Positions 24,380 through 33,487 of a DNA stretch of 64,000 bases are shown piece by piece. The stretch lies in contig JAVEZX010000001.1 of assembly GCA_034002785.1 (NCBI GenBank), positions 2,984-66,983 on the forward strand, written 5' to 3'. The translations under genes and the position numbers were made by a program. The notes under the pieces are model-generated. The model saw nothing but the letters and a program-made list of their open reading frames with translations, made no database searches and was not told the DNA's origin. The stretch is from Bacteroidales bacterium (GTDB taxonomy: Bacteria; Bacteroidota; Bacteroidia; Bacteroidales; VadinHA17). How positions within the stretch are numbered: the first letter of the stretch is position 1; each line of letters opens with the position of its first letter.

Positions 24380-26767
24380 ATGATAGTGCCTGATAATAAT
24401 AATAGCATTCTCCGCCTTACGCAGAAATCGATGTGCTTTTTTTGCCTCCTGCTGCTGGTATCGGCTTCGCTTTGCGGCCAGGGAGCAGTTAACTTCAGCA
24501 ATGCTCCGGGGAAGGTCTTGCTGAATCCGGAGGAGATCCGTCTTGTTACAGACAGGGATATCTATGTTGCCGGGGAGGAGGTACTGTTCAGCGTTACGCA
24601 GGTGGGGCGTCTCACTCACACGCCGGGAACCATAAGCAGGGTTGTGTACGTTGATCTTCTGGACAGTCACAGAACCCCGGTTGTACAGGTCAGGGCAGGT
24701 AGTGACGGTTTCACCGGGGCAGGGGCATTCAGGATACCTGACACCCTTCGCACGGGTAACTACTTCATCCGCTCCTTCACCAGCCTGATGAAAAACTATC
24801 CGCAGTCGCTGTTTGCCTACCGGATGATTACAGTCATCAACCCTTTCAGAAGCCTGGCTTCGATAAAGATACCTCCATCTGATCACCAGGCTGACAGCGT
24901 GGTGTTTTTTCCTGAGACAGGTGCTCTGGTGGCAGGGTTGCAGAGCCGTGTAGGAATCAGATGCTTCAATGACGCCGGCGATCCGGTTGTTACGCGTGGC
25001 ACGGTTCTAACAGCCTCCGGCGATACGGCTGCCGTTTTCAGCACTGACAGATTCGGATCTGCGCTTTTCACACTGACGCCGCCTGATGCGGGTCGGCTGA
25101 GCCTTATCACAACTGACAGGACAGGAGCCGGCAGGCGTTTTGAGATGCCACGGGTGCAGGCTGCAGGAGTGACATTTTATGCAAGCCCGCAGGACAATAA
25201 AGGCGGAGTGATCCTTCGCCTGGCTGCAAGTGCCGGTTATACCCCGGGAATGGTGAAAGTGATCATTGCCCCGGTCTGTTTTTCGCCAGTAGTAAAGGAG
25301 GTATATGCTGCCGGTAGCCAGGATGTGACTTTTGAATCAGGAACCCTGCCGGAGGGGCTGGCGAGGATAACGGTCGCCGATATGCAGGGGAGGGAGCTTG
25401 CTTCCAGGTGGTATTATCACTCCAGGATACCCGGGCTGCAGCTTGATGTCAGCATCAGTTCCGCCACTATCTCTCTCCGTGATAAGGCAGAGGTCTCAGT
25501 CAGGGCCACTGACGGGAACGGGAAAACACTTGCAGGTGTTATGTCGGTGTCTGTTGTGAAGCCTGTGCTCGTCAATGAGCACCGTTTTGACGAATTCGCC
25601 CGTAACCTGCAGTTTCCGTCGGTTCAGGCTTTCAGAACAGAAATGAAACTGCCGGGCATTAATGATTACCTGATCTTCAGTGAGGAGAACGGTGATCTTC
25701 GCGTTCCCTCAGGCGCACAAGGCGATATAGTCTACCTTCCCGAGCCGGAAGGTCATCTGATCTCAGGCGTTGTCAGGGACAGCGAGACGGATGAACCGCT
25801 TGCCGGAGAGGACCTTTCCCTTTCGATAGTCGGCAGGTCAGCCAGGTGCACCTTCACAAAGAGCGACAGTGAGGGACGGTTCAGGTTTCCTGTCATGGAA
25901 TATGGCAGGAAGGAGATCGTAATCCAGAGACTGAGGCCTGCCGAAAGAGGTTATTACATCGATCTCATTGATCCGTTTCTCTTTGAGATGAGGCTCAGGC
26001 AGGTGCCCGGCCCGTACTATCCTGACACAACAAGGCTTGATGAGCTGAATGATGCAATAGTAAGCATGCAGGTCAGCAATATTTATGACCCGTTCCTGAG
26101 GAAGCGGAGCGCAAGACTCTTCAGCGGAAATTTTCCGGGATTCTTTGGCGAACCTGACCGGACCGTGATACTTTCAGACTATATACAGCTCTCCACACTG
26201 AGGGAGGTATTCAAGGAACTGGTACCGGGCCTTGCATCAGGCGGCAGGGAGGAAAACCTGACTCTGACACTTACCAACCGATATCCGGGTATCTCATTCA
26301 ATTCACCACCCCTGGTAATCCTTGACGGGGTGCCGGTATATGATCTCGATAAACTGCTTGACATCCCTTCTTCCCGGATAGAAAAGGTTGAGGTATTGAG
26401 CGTGAGGTACTTTACTGGCGACATTGTGACGGATGGCATCATCAACATCGTTTCGCACAAGGGAGACCTCAGTGCGATGGAGTTTGACAGGTCAATCCTG
26501 AGGCAGGAGTATGATATGCTTCTCGACAGCTACGATATTTTCGCACCTGATTATTCTACCGACTCACTCAGGTTAAGCAGGATTCCCGATTACCGGAACA
26601 CCCTCTACTGGAATCCTTCAGTCATGACTGATTCCCATGGCGAGGCTGCAGTGGATTTCTGGACTTCTGACGAGGCAGGGGAATTTTTGGTGATCACGGA
26701 GTTCACTGCCTCTGACGGACGGCGCGGAAGAAAAGTAATCCCGTTCAGGGTCGCAAAAAAATTGTAA
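24380..26767 (+). CDS. Large secreted protein: MG2-like (alpha-2-macroglobulin-type) N-domain, carboxypeptidase-regulatory-like domain and a Plug-like C-terminal region, without a beta-barrel
   Basis: The MG2-like segment is VTDRDIYVAGEEVLFSVTQ...YVDLLD. The CarboxypepD_reg-like segment is LISGVVRDSETDEPLAGEDLSLSIVG...SDSEGRFRFPV. The Plug-like segment is NSPPLVILDGVPVYDLDKLLDIPSSRIEKVEVLS...DGIINIVSHKG. The protein ends about 100 aa later (..FRVAKKL) with no barrel or terminal aromatic residue. An alternative start is ATG 24431 (MCFFCLLLLVSASLCGQ). Confidence 0.6.
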   Translation: MIVPDNNNSILRLTQKSMCFFCLLLLVSASLCGQGAVNFSNAPGKVLLNPEEIRLVTDRDIYVAGEEVLFSVTQVGRLTHTPGTISRVVYVDLLDSHRTPVVQVRAGSDGFTGAGAFRIPDTLRTGNYFIRSFTSLMKNYPQSLFAYRMITVINPFRSLASIKIPPSDHQADSVVFFPETGALVAGLQSRVGIRCFNDAGDPVVTRGTVLTASGDTAAVFSTDRFGSALFTLTPPDAGRLSLITTDRTGAGRRFEMPRVQAAGVTFYASPQDNKGGVILRLAASAGYTPGMVKVIIAPVCFSPVVKEVYAAGSQDVTFESGTLPEGLARITVADMQGRELASRWYYHSRIPGLQLDVSISSATISLRDKAEVSVRATDGNGKTLAGVMSVSVVKPVLVNEHRFDEFARNLQFPSVQAFRTEMKLPGINDYLIFSEENGDLRVPSGAQGDIVYLPEPEGHLISGVVRDSETDEPLAGEDLSLSIVGRSARCTFTKSDSEGRFRFPVMEYGRKEIVIQRLRPAERGYYIDLIDPFLFEMRLRQVPGPYYPDTTRLDELNDAIVSMQVSNIYDPFLRKRSARLFSGNFPGFFGEPDRTVILSDYIQLSTLREVFKELVPGLASGGREENLTLTLTNRYPGISFNSPPLVILDGVPVYDLDKLLDIPSSRIEKVEVLSVRYFTGDIVTDGIINIVSHKGDLSAMEFDRSILRQEYDMLLDSYDIFAPDYSTDSLRLSRIPDYRNTLYWNPSVMTDSHGEAAVDFWTSDEAGEFLVITEFTASDGRRGRKVIPFRVAKKL

Positions 26768-26830
26768 CTTTATCAGGCCGTTCTCTCCCCGGGAGAGATC
26801 CGTGCATTAGTCGGACTAACCAGTGAACGG

Positions 26831-27229
26831 ATGAAAAAAGCACTGTTACTGATGTTTGTAGCCACTTTGGCATCCTGCAGCTCTCTGAGGAAGAGTTCTT
26901 CTGCAGTTCCGGAGGATGACCTGATTATGACCAGAAAGTATGTGGGCGATTTCATTGAGTACCGTCATACCGGGCCGGAAAACTACGAGGGACCGAATAT
27001 AATCTGGATCAAGACCACACTTGAAAACCAGTATGGCAAGATTTCGGCATACGGCAAGAAATGCGATTTTGAAGCAGGAGACAGACTCTATCTCAGGAGG
27101 GTTTATTACAGTCCCGGAATTGTTTCAGGCTACTGGGTTTATATTCTCGAGAATAACGCTGCTGTTTCATACAGGGCAACCGACCTCCAGCATGACCGTG
27201 AGGTGTTCATCAAGACATGGTTTGAGTAA
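26831..27229 (+). CDS. Small hypothetical lipoprotein (132 aa)
   Basis: Lipobox MKKALLLMFVATLASCSS. No recognisable domain. Confidence 0.55.
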   Translation: MKKALLLMFVATLASCSSLRKSSSAVPEDDLIMTRKYVGDFIEYRHTGPENYEGPNIIWIKTTLENQYGKISAYGKKCDFEAGDRLYLRRVYYSPGIVSGYWVYILENNAAVSYRATDLQHDREVFIKTWFE

Positions 27230-27251
27230 TTTCCCTTGTAATTTTGTGTAA

Positions 27252-28565
27252 ATGAAGAGCCTTATCCTGACCGCTTTCCAGAAATTTGACCGTTCACAGA
27301 GTCTTGGCGGTATTCTGCTGTTTGGTGCTACTATTGTTGCGCTGATATTTGCCAATACTCCATTGGGCGATTTATATGACAGTATCAGGGAGACGAAGTT
27401 TGGGTTCGGGGCGGGTAGCTTCAGTCTGAATAAGCCGTTGATTCTCTGGGTTAATGACGGGCTGATGGCGATCTTCTTCTTCATGATCGGGCTGGAGATA
27501 AAGCGGGAGCTGATGATAGGGGAGCTGAACTCGCCATCGAAGGCTGCCCTGCCGCTGGTAGCCGCATTTGGAGGGATGCTTGTTCCTGTGGTGTTATACC
27601 TGGTTCTTAACAAAAATCCGGAGGCATCACATGGATGGGGCATACCGATGGCTACCGATATTGCCTTTTCGCTGGCCATACTGAAGCTGCTGGGCAAGAG
27701 GGTCCCTGTAGGTCTCAAGGTCTTTCTGGCAGCGTTTGCTATTATTGATGACATAGGTGCCGTTCTTGTGATAGCCCTGTTCTACAGTTCTTCAATTGAC
27801 TGGATGATGCTGCTATGGGCAGCGATACCACTTGCGCTCCTTGTAGTACTGAACCTGTTGAATCTGTTTCCCAAGTACCTGCACCTGGCCTGCGGATTAA
27901 TTATCTGGTATTTCTTTCTCAAGTCGGGCATTCACCCTACAATTGCCGGTGTGCTTCTGGCCTTCACGGTGCCGCTGAGGCAGAAGACAGACGCTCATAC
28001 ATTCACCGAGGAGATGTGCAGGATTGCAGATGAATTCAGGGAACATGATTCTGACAGGACGCCCTTGCTGACTCCGGCACAGATTGAGCGTATAGATGAC
28101 ATTGAGCAGTGGACGGAGAAGGTGCAGTCGCCACTGCAGCATATCGAACACGTATTAAACGGCTGGGTAGCATATTTTATAATGCCTGTCTTTGCCTTTT
28201 TCAATGCCGGTGTTGCCTTTCGCGCCGGTATGGATCCGAATATTCCGCTTATCACCAGCCTGGCTGTCAGCCTCTTCCTGGGGAAGACAGTCGGTGTGGC
28301 CCTCTTCTCGTTTGCAGGATTGAAGTTCAGAATTGCCAGCCTGCCTGAGGGAGTCAATTTCGGTCAGATATTCGGTACGGCCATGCTTGCCGGGGTAGGG
28401 TTTACAATGTCGATGTTCATCGCGAACCTGGCATTTTCAAACGCTGCTGTACTCATGGATTCGGCGAAGATCGGGATCATGGCCGGATCACTGGTGTCTG
28501 GTATCGGAGGATACATCATGCTCCGGTTCTTCTGGAAGAAAAACGGTGAGGGCATTACCAGCTGA
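27252..28565 (+). CDS. nhaA: Na+/H+ antiporter NhaA
   Basis: WVNDGLMAIFFFMIGLEIKRE and AIIDDIGAVLVIALFY match the NhaA signatures, including the catalytic DD pair. Confidence 0.9.
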   Translation: MKSLILTAFQKFDRSQSLGGILLFGATIVALIFANTPLGDLYDSIRETKFGFGAGSFSLNKPLILWVNDGLMAIFFFMIGLEIKRELMIGELNSPSKAALPLVAAFGGMLVPVVLYLVLNKNPEASHGWGIPMATDIAFSLAILKLLGKRVPVGLKVFLAAFAIIDDIGAVLVIALFYSSSIDWMMLLWAAIPLALLVVLNLLNLFPKYLHLACGLIIWYFFLKSGIHPTIAGVLLAFTVPLRQKTDAHTFTEEMCRIADEFREHDSDRTPLLTPAQIERIDDIEQWTEKVQSPLQHIEHVLNGWVAYFIMPVFAFFNAGVAFRAGMDPNIPLITSLAVSLFLGKTVGVALFSFAGLKFRIASLPEGVNFGQIFGTAMLAGVGFTMSMFIANLAFSNAAVLMDSAKIGIMAGSLVSGIGGYIMLRFFWKKNGEGITS

Positions 28566-28569
28566 GCCC

Positions 28570-29130
28570 ATGCATGATCCTGACGCCAATCTCTACTTCA
28601 TAGCCCTGGTTCCCGGGAAGGAACTGAGGGATAGGGTACTCATGATCAAGGAAAGAATGAAGGCGGAATTTAATGCAGGCCATGCATTGAAATCACCGGC
28701 ACACATTACGTTACAGATGCCCTTCAGGAGGAAGACAGCCGCGGAACAGTCCATCATAGAAGAACTCGACCGGTTTACAGCGGGCGTAGCCCCATTTCAT
28801 CTGCATCTTGACGGTTTCGGATGCTTTGCTCCCAGGGTTATTTTCATCAAACTGGTCAACCCGGATCCTGTCATTGAACTGCACCGTCGGCTTAAGGCAA
28901 TTCTCCTGGAAAGCCTTGGTTTTGACGACAGCGAAATCATGAAGAGCGTCCAGCCTCATATGACGGTTGCCACGAGAGATCTTACGAAGCAGGCCTTTGC
29001 AGAAGCCTGGCCTGAATATCAGGATGAGGAATTCATCGGGTCATTCCGGGTGAACAGCCTCTTCCTGCTGAAGCATAACGGAAGGCACTGGGACATATTC
29101 AGGGAGTTTCAATTCCGTGCAGATGGATAG
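28570..29130 (+). CDS. 2H phosphoesterase superfamily protein (LigT/2'-5' RNA ligase-like)
   Basis: Two H-x-T/S-x motifs are present: AHITLQ and PHMTVA. I chose ATG 28570, 5 nt after the nhaA stop. Confidence 0.7.
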   Translation: MHDPDANLYFIALVPGKELRDRVLMIKERMKAEFNAGHALKSPAHITLQMPFRRKTAAEQSIIEELDRFTAGVAPFHLHLDGFGCFAPRVIFIKLVNPDPVIELHRRLKAILLESLGFDDSEIMKSVQPHMTVATRDLTKQAFAEAWPEYQDEEFIGSFRVNSLFLLKHNGRHWDIFREFQFRADG

Positions 29131-32005
29131 GAGAAGGTTCATATCGGGAAGCACCCTGGCGGCGGCGTGGTGGATGATACCCGGCCGGCTGTCACTGATT
29201 GCATCCTCACCTTCGGATCCGGTGTTGCATCCAGCCGGCAGCGGATTGTATGAGCTGTTCCGTGACCCTGCCTCCGGCTATAGGCCTTTCGTAAGGTGGT
29301 GGTGGAACGGCAACAAGGTTGAAGCAGGCGAACTGGTAAGGGAGCTTCAGCTGCTGAAGGCGGCAGGTATCGGAGGGGTTGAGATCAATCCGGTGGCGTT
29401 CCCTTCAAGATTTAAGGGTGATGACCTGGGCAGGCCTTCCCTCAGATGGCTCAGCGAAGAATGGAGCGCGATGCTGGCGGTGACCTTTGAGGAGGCGAAG
29501 AGGCTTGGGATGACCTGCGATCTGATCGTTGGATCGGGATGGCCTTTCGGCTCCGAAGATCTCGCCGAAGAGGAGTGGTCACAGATCGTTGTGATAGCAG
29601 TGAAAAAGCTGACAGGTCCTCTCACTCATCCGGTTTCCCGCGATGAGATTTTCCTGGAGGCGGGACCGGCTGTCAGCTCTCCCCGGACAGGGAGGAAGCA
29701 TACTTTGTTGTCTTTGCTGCTGGTTCCTGATCCGCTCTCCACAACTGATGAGATCACTGACCTGTCAGACAGGAGAGAAGAGGAGTACTTTGACATTTTT
29801 ATCCCGGAGGGTGATCATGCGCTTTATGCACTTGTGCAGGTGAGCGGTTTCATGGAGGTGATCAACGGCACCCCGGGTGCCAGCGGCCCGGTGCTGGATC
29901 ACTACAATGAGAAGGCAGTCAGGAGGTACCTGGGTGAAATGTCCGGTACCATTGAGTCTGTGACAGGACCGCTGTCATCACACCTGCGTGCCCTGTTTAC
30001 TGACAGCATGGAGCTCGAGGGATCCAACTGGACCGGTGACATGAGGGAGGAATTTTTCAGGCGTCGTGGTTATGACATTTATCCTTTCCTGCCCTTCATT
30101 CTCTTCAGGACAGGCTCAATGGGGAATGTCACAGACTGGAACTACGGATCCGGATTCAGCCCGGTAATCAGGGATATGATCAGCCGGATGCGGTATGATT
30201 TTGAGACAACAAAGGCCGAACTGCTTGAGGAGAGATTCCTGAAAAGCTTTGCGCTGTGGTGCAGTGATCTGGGCGTCAGATCACGCATGCAGGCCTATGG
30301 CAGGGGCTTCTTCCCGCTGGAGAGCAGCATGGCCGTGGATATTCCCGAGGGGGAGTCATGGACCATGAACTGGCTCAAGCACCGGATAGGAGAGGAGATG
30401 CCCGAGAGCGACTACCGCCGCGGCAGAGCCTATACAATGGTCAACAAATACGTCTCATCCGCAGCGCACCTTGCTGGCAAAAGGCTTATAAGCTGCGAGG
30501 AGATGACCGACACGTACACCGTCTTCAATACATCACTTGAAAATCTGAAGGTGGGCAGTGACCAGAGCATAATCTCCGGGGTAACACATTCAGTATTCCA
30601 CGGGTTCAATTACTCCCCGCCGGAAGCACCGTGGCCGGGATGGATAAGGTACGGCGGGTATTTCAATGAGAATAATACCTGGTGGCCTCATTTTCATCTT
30701 CTGAACGAGTATAAGGCACGACTTTCGGCATTGCTGCAGCACTGTGACATGTATGCCGGTATTGCCCTTCTGCCGCCGACTGCTGATATGTGGAGCCTGA
30801 TCGGGATGCAGAATGAGCCTTTCCCGTCAGTGCTTCATGCCGAGCATCTCTCACTTGTATGGGAGGCAATTGCGAAAAACGGCAGCGGCTGTGACTATAT
30901 ATCCGAAAGAATTCTGCAGAATGCTACTGTTAAGGGAAGGAAGCTCTGTTACGGGCCACGTAAATACAACACACTGATCCTGGTAAGTGTGGAGAGCCTT
31001 TCGCCGTCGAGCGCACGCAAGCTGCTGCAGTTTGTAAGAGCGGGAGGAAAGGTCTTCTGTATTGACACAGTTCCCTCAAAAGTGGCCGGATGGAGTGATC
31101 ATGAAAGAAATGATGCCTCCGTCAGACTGATGATTGAAAAGATGAAAGCATACCCGAACCGGTTTATTGTGCTAAAAAAGCCGGAAAATGACTATATAGG
31201 TTGGTACAGAACAGTTCAGGAACGGTACCGCATTGAATCATGGCTGAAAATTGAAGATCCTGATCCTTTCCTTATGCAGACGAGGTACAGTGGGCCGGAC
31301 GGATCGGAATACATCTTCATAGCTTACTCTCATTTGCACAATTCCCACAGGACACGGGTAATTTTCTCCGAGGCACTTACAAGGCGTCACAGCTGCTCTG
31401 TATGGATCCCGGAAACGGGAGAAAGGAAGCGGGTGCAGCTTGATCCGGATGGAGGCCTGACCATCGACCTTGGTCCGGCCGACTCGTTGCTGTTTGCCTT
31501 TGACCGTGTGAAGGCTGAGGAGGAGTGGAGACCGCTGCCTGTGGCCGGCAATGAGATGCAGACGCTTGAAGAAGACTGGACTGTGGAGTTCAGGCATTGC
31601 CGCGACGTATCCGTAAGAGAGATCGGGATGGAGAGACCTACCGACCTTAAGGAGATATCGGAATTCCTAAACTTTGCCGGAACGGTGACCTACAGGAACA
31701 GGCTGGTTTGTGAAGACCCTGCAGGAACCGTGCTGAACCTGGGCAAAGTATACGGAACTTCCGAGCTCAGGATTAACGGCGAGAGCTGCGGTGTGAAGTG
31801 GTATGGCCGCAGGATTTTTAACATCGGCAAATACATGAAATGCGGAACAAACCTGGTTGAGGTCATCGTAACCACTTCCATGGGCAACTATATGAAATCA
31901 CTTGATGACAATCCCGTAGCACAGTACTGGACGAATGCCGGAACGAAAAATCAGCCTCTTCAGTCGATGGGAATGACGGGACCTGTCAGTTATTATAAAA
32001 TCTGA
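29123..32005 (+). CDS. Large glycoside hydrolase, GH106-like (alpha-L-rhamnosidase-type) with a jelly-roll C-terminal domain and a Tat-type signal
   Basis: Twin-arginine leader MDRRRFISGSTLAAAWW. FVRWWWNGNKVE...LKAAGIGGVEINPV is the N-terminal pattern I associate with Glyco_hydro_106. The C-terminal galactose-binding-like segment is LNLGKVYGTSELRINGESCGVKWYG. The family assignment is from memory only. Confidence 0.55.
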   Translation: MDRRRFISGSTLAAAWWMIPGRLSLIASSPSDPVLHPAGSGLYELFRDPASGYRPFVRWWWNGNKVEAGELVRELQLLKAAGIGGVEINPVAFPSRFKGDDLGRPSLRWLSEEWSAMLAVTFEEAKRLGMTCDLIVGSGWPFGSEDLAEEEWSQIVVIAVKKLTGPLTHPVSRDEIFLEAGPAVSSPRTGRKHTLLSLLLVPDPLSTTDEITDLSDRREEEYFDIFIPEGDHALYALVQVSGFMEVINGTPGASGPVLDHYNEKAVRRYLGEMSGTIESVTGPLSSHLRALFTDSMELEGSNWTGDMREEFFRRRGYDIYPFLPFILFRTGSMGNVTDWNYGSGFSPVIRDMISRMRYDFETTKAELLEERFLKSFALWCSDLGVRSRMQAYGRGFFPLESSMAVDIPEGESWTMNWLKHRIGEEMPESDYRRGRAYTMVNKYVSSAAHLAGKRLISCEEMTDTYTVFNTSLENLKVGSDQSIISGVTHSVFHGFNYSPPEAPWPGWIRYGGYFNENNTWWPHFHLLNEYKARLSALLQHCDMYAGIALLPPTADMWSLIGMQNEPFPSVLHAEHLSLVWEAIAKNGSGCDYISERILQNATVKGRKLCYGPRKYNTLILVSVESLSPSSARKLLQFVRAGGKVFCIDTVPSKVAGWSDHERNDASVRLMIEKMKAYPNRFIVLKKPENDYIGWYRTVQERYRIESWLKIEDPDPFLMQTRYSGPDGSEYIFIAYSHLHNSHRTRVIFSEALTRRHSCSVWIPETGERKRVQLDPDGGLTIDLGPADSLLFAFDRVKAEEEWRPLPVAGNEMQTLEEDWTVEFRHCRDVSVREIGMERPTDLKEISEFLNFAGTVTYRNRLVCEDPAGTVLNLGKVYGTSELRINGESCGVKWYGRRIFNIGKYMKCGTNLVEVIVTTSMGNYMKSLDDNPVAQYWTNAGTKNQPLQSMGMTGPVSYYKI

Positions 32006-32006
32006 T

Positions 32007-33473
32007 ATGAAGACAGCAAAGATTCTATTATTTGCCATTCTTTCAGCCGCGGCGCTTCAGCTGCATGCGAAGGATTACAATGCATCGATGTTCGGTGCAA
32101 AATCAAACGGAACCACTCTCAACACAAATTCAATCCAGAAGGGAATTGACTACATAAGCGAGAACGGCGGCGGCCGTCTTGTATTCTATGTAGGCCGGTA
32201 CCTGACAGGAACTGTCTACCTGAAATCAAACGTAACAATCCACCTGGAGGAAGGTGCAATACTTGTCGGTTCAACCAATCCCTTCGATTATGAAAGGAAC
32301 TTTAACTGGACTGCCCTGATTTTTGCGCTGGACCAGGAGAATATAGGGATCACCGGCAAGGGCGTGATTGACGGACAGGGATTCCAGGTGGCCACCAACC
32401 TCGTGGACATGATCCACAAGGGGGTAGTAAAAGATCCTCTGAAATATGACCGTCCCAATGAAACCATCAGGCCGCAGAACATCTATTTCAGGGGCTGCCG
32501 GAACATAGTTATCCGGGACATCAACCTGCGGGATCCGGGCAGCTGGAACCAGCAATACGACCAGTGCCGCAATCTGGTCATTGATAATATAAGGGTCGAC
32601 AGCAAGTCATACTGGAACAATGACGGGGTTGACATCGTGGACTGTGACAGCGTGGTTGTTTCAAATTCCTACTTTGATGCAGCTGATGACGGTATCTGCC
32701 TGAAATCGCACAGTGCCGACTTCGTTTGCCAGAACGTATGGATCCGCAACAACACAGTCAGGACCAGTGCCAACGGCATCAAGTTCGGCACTGTGGGACA
32801 CGGCGGATTCCGTAATATAAGTATAGTTAATAACCTTGTGTTTGACACATACAGGTCGGCAATCACCTTTGCCGCTGTTGACGGGGGTTTTGTCGAGAAT
32901 ATTGTTGTTGACAGCCTGCGGTCGCTTAATACAGGCAATGTCATCTTCCTGAGGATAGGAGAACGGCGGGCCGGGAAAAAAGGGAGGATGAACGGTGTGA
33001 CGATATCCAACGTATATGCGGAGGTTCCGGCAACCAAGCCTGATGCCGGCTACAACTATGAGGGACCGGTGGAGGATCTTCCCCGGAATATCTCTCCCTC
33101 GGCAATTGTGGGCATGCCTGATGCCATGATTGAGAATATTACCCTTCGAAATATTGAGATTCACTACCCCGGAGGAGGCAACCCGCATTATGCGAAAGTC
33201 GGGCTTGACGAACTGGACAAGGTGCCGGAGATGGGGGCGAGTTACCCGGAGTTTTCGATGTTCAAGGAGTTGCCGGCCTGGGGATTCTATATCAGGCACG
33301 CAAAAGGAATAACATTTGAGAATGTGAGACTGGTGTGCGATAATAAGGATTACCGGACAGCAGTGGTACTGGATGATGTCAATGGCGCCACATTCAGAAA
33401 CCTGGCGGTGAAGGAACCAGGAGGCAGAAAGGCGCCGGTGTTTCATTTCAGATCATCGGAAATTGTGCTCTAA
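32007..33473 (+). CDS. Glycoside hydrolase family 28 (polygalacturonase/rhamnogalacturonase-like, right-handed beta-helix)
   Basis: GH28 motifs WNNDGVDIVDC, AADDGICLKSH and SANGIKFGT.GHGG, plus a signal peptide. Confidence 0.85.
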   Translation: MKTAKILLFAILSAAALQLHAKDYNASMFGAKSNGTTLNTNSIQKGIDYISENGGGRLVFYVGRYLTGTVYLKSNVTIHLEEGAILVGSTNPFDYERNFNWTALIFALDQENIGITGKGVIDGQGFQVATNLVDMIHKGVVKDPLKYDRPNETIRPQNIYFRGCRNIVIRDINLRDPGSWNQQYDQCRNLVIDNIRVDSKSYWNNDGVDIVDCDSVVVSNSYFDAADDGICLKSHSADFVCQNVWIRNNTVRTSANGIKFGTVGHGGFRNISIVNNLVFDTYRSAITFAAVDGGFVENIVVDSLRSLNTGNVIFLRIGERRAGKKGRMNGVTISNVYAEVPATKPDAGYNYEGPVEDLPRNISPSAIVGMPDAMIENITLRNIEIHYPGGGNPHYAKVGLDELDKVPEMGASYPEFSMFKELPAWGFYIRHAKGITFENVRLVCDNKDYRTAVVLDDVNGATFRNLAVKEPGGRKAPVFHFRSSEIVL

Positions 33474-33487
33474 GATTTTGCAGACCA

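Noticed and set aside
26782-26798. The palindrome TCTCTCC-CCG-GGAGAGA, 15 nt after the stop of the 795-aa gene; a possible terminator.
   Set aside because: The loop is only 3 nt and no U-tract follows (TCCGTGCATT), so it is not convincing as an intrinsic terminator.
32661-33446. A 261-aa minus-strand ORF inside the GH28 gene, and likewise 54551..55243 (230 aa) inside the second cyclase gene.
   Set aside because: The plus-strand frames carry the complete GH28 and class III cyclase signatures. The antisense translations are His/Arg/Pro-rich with no domain.
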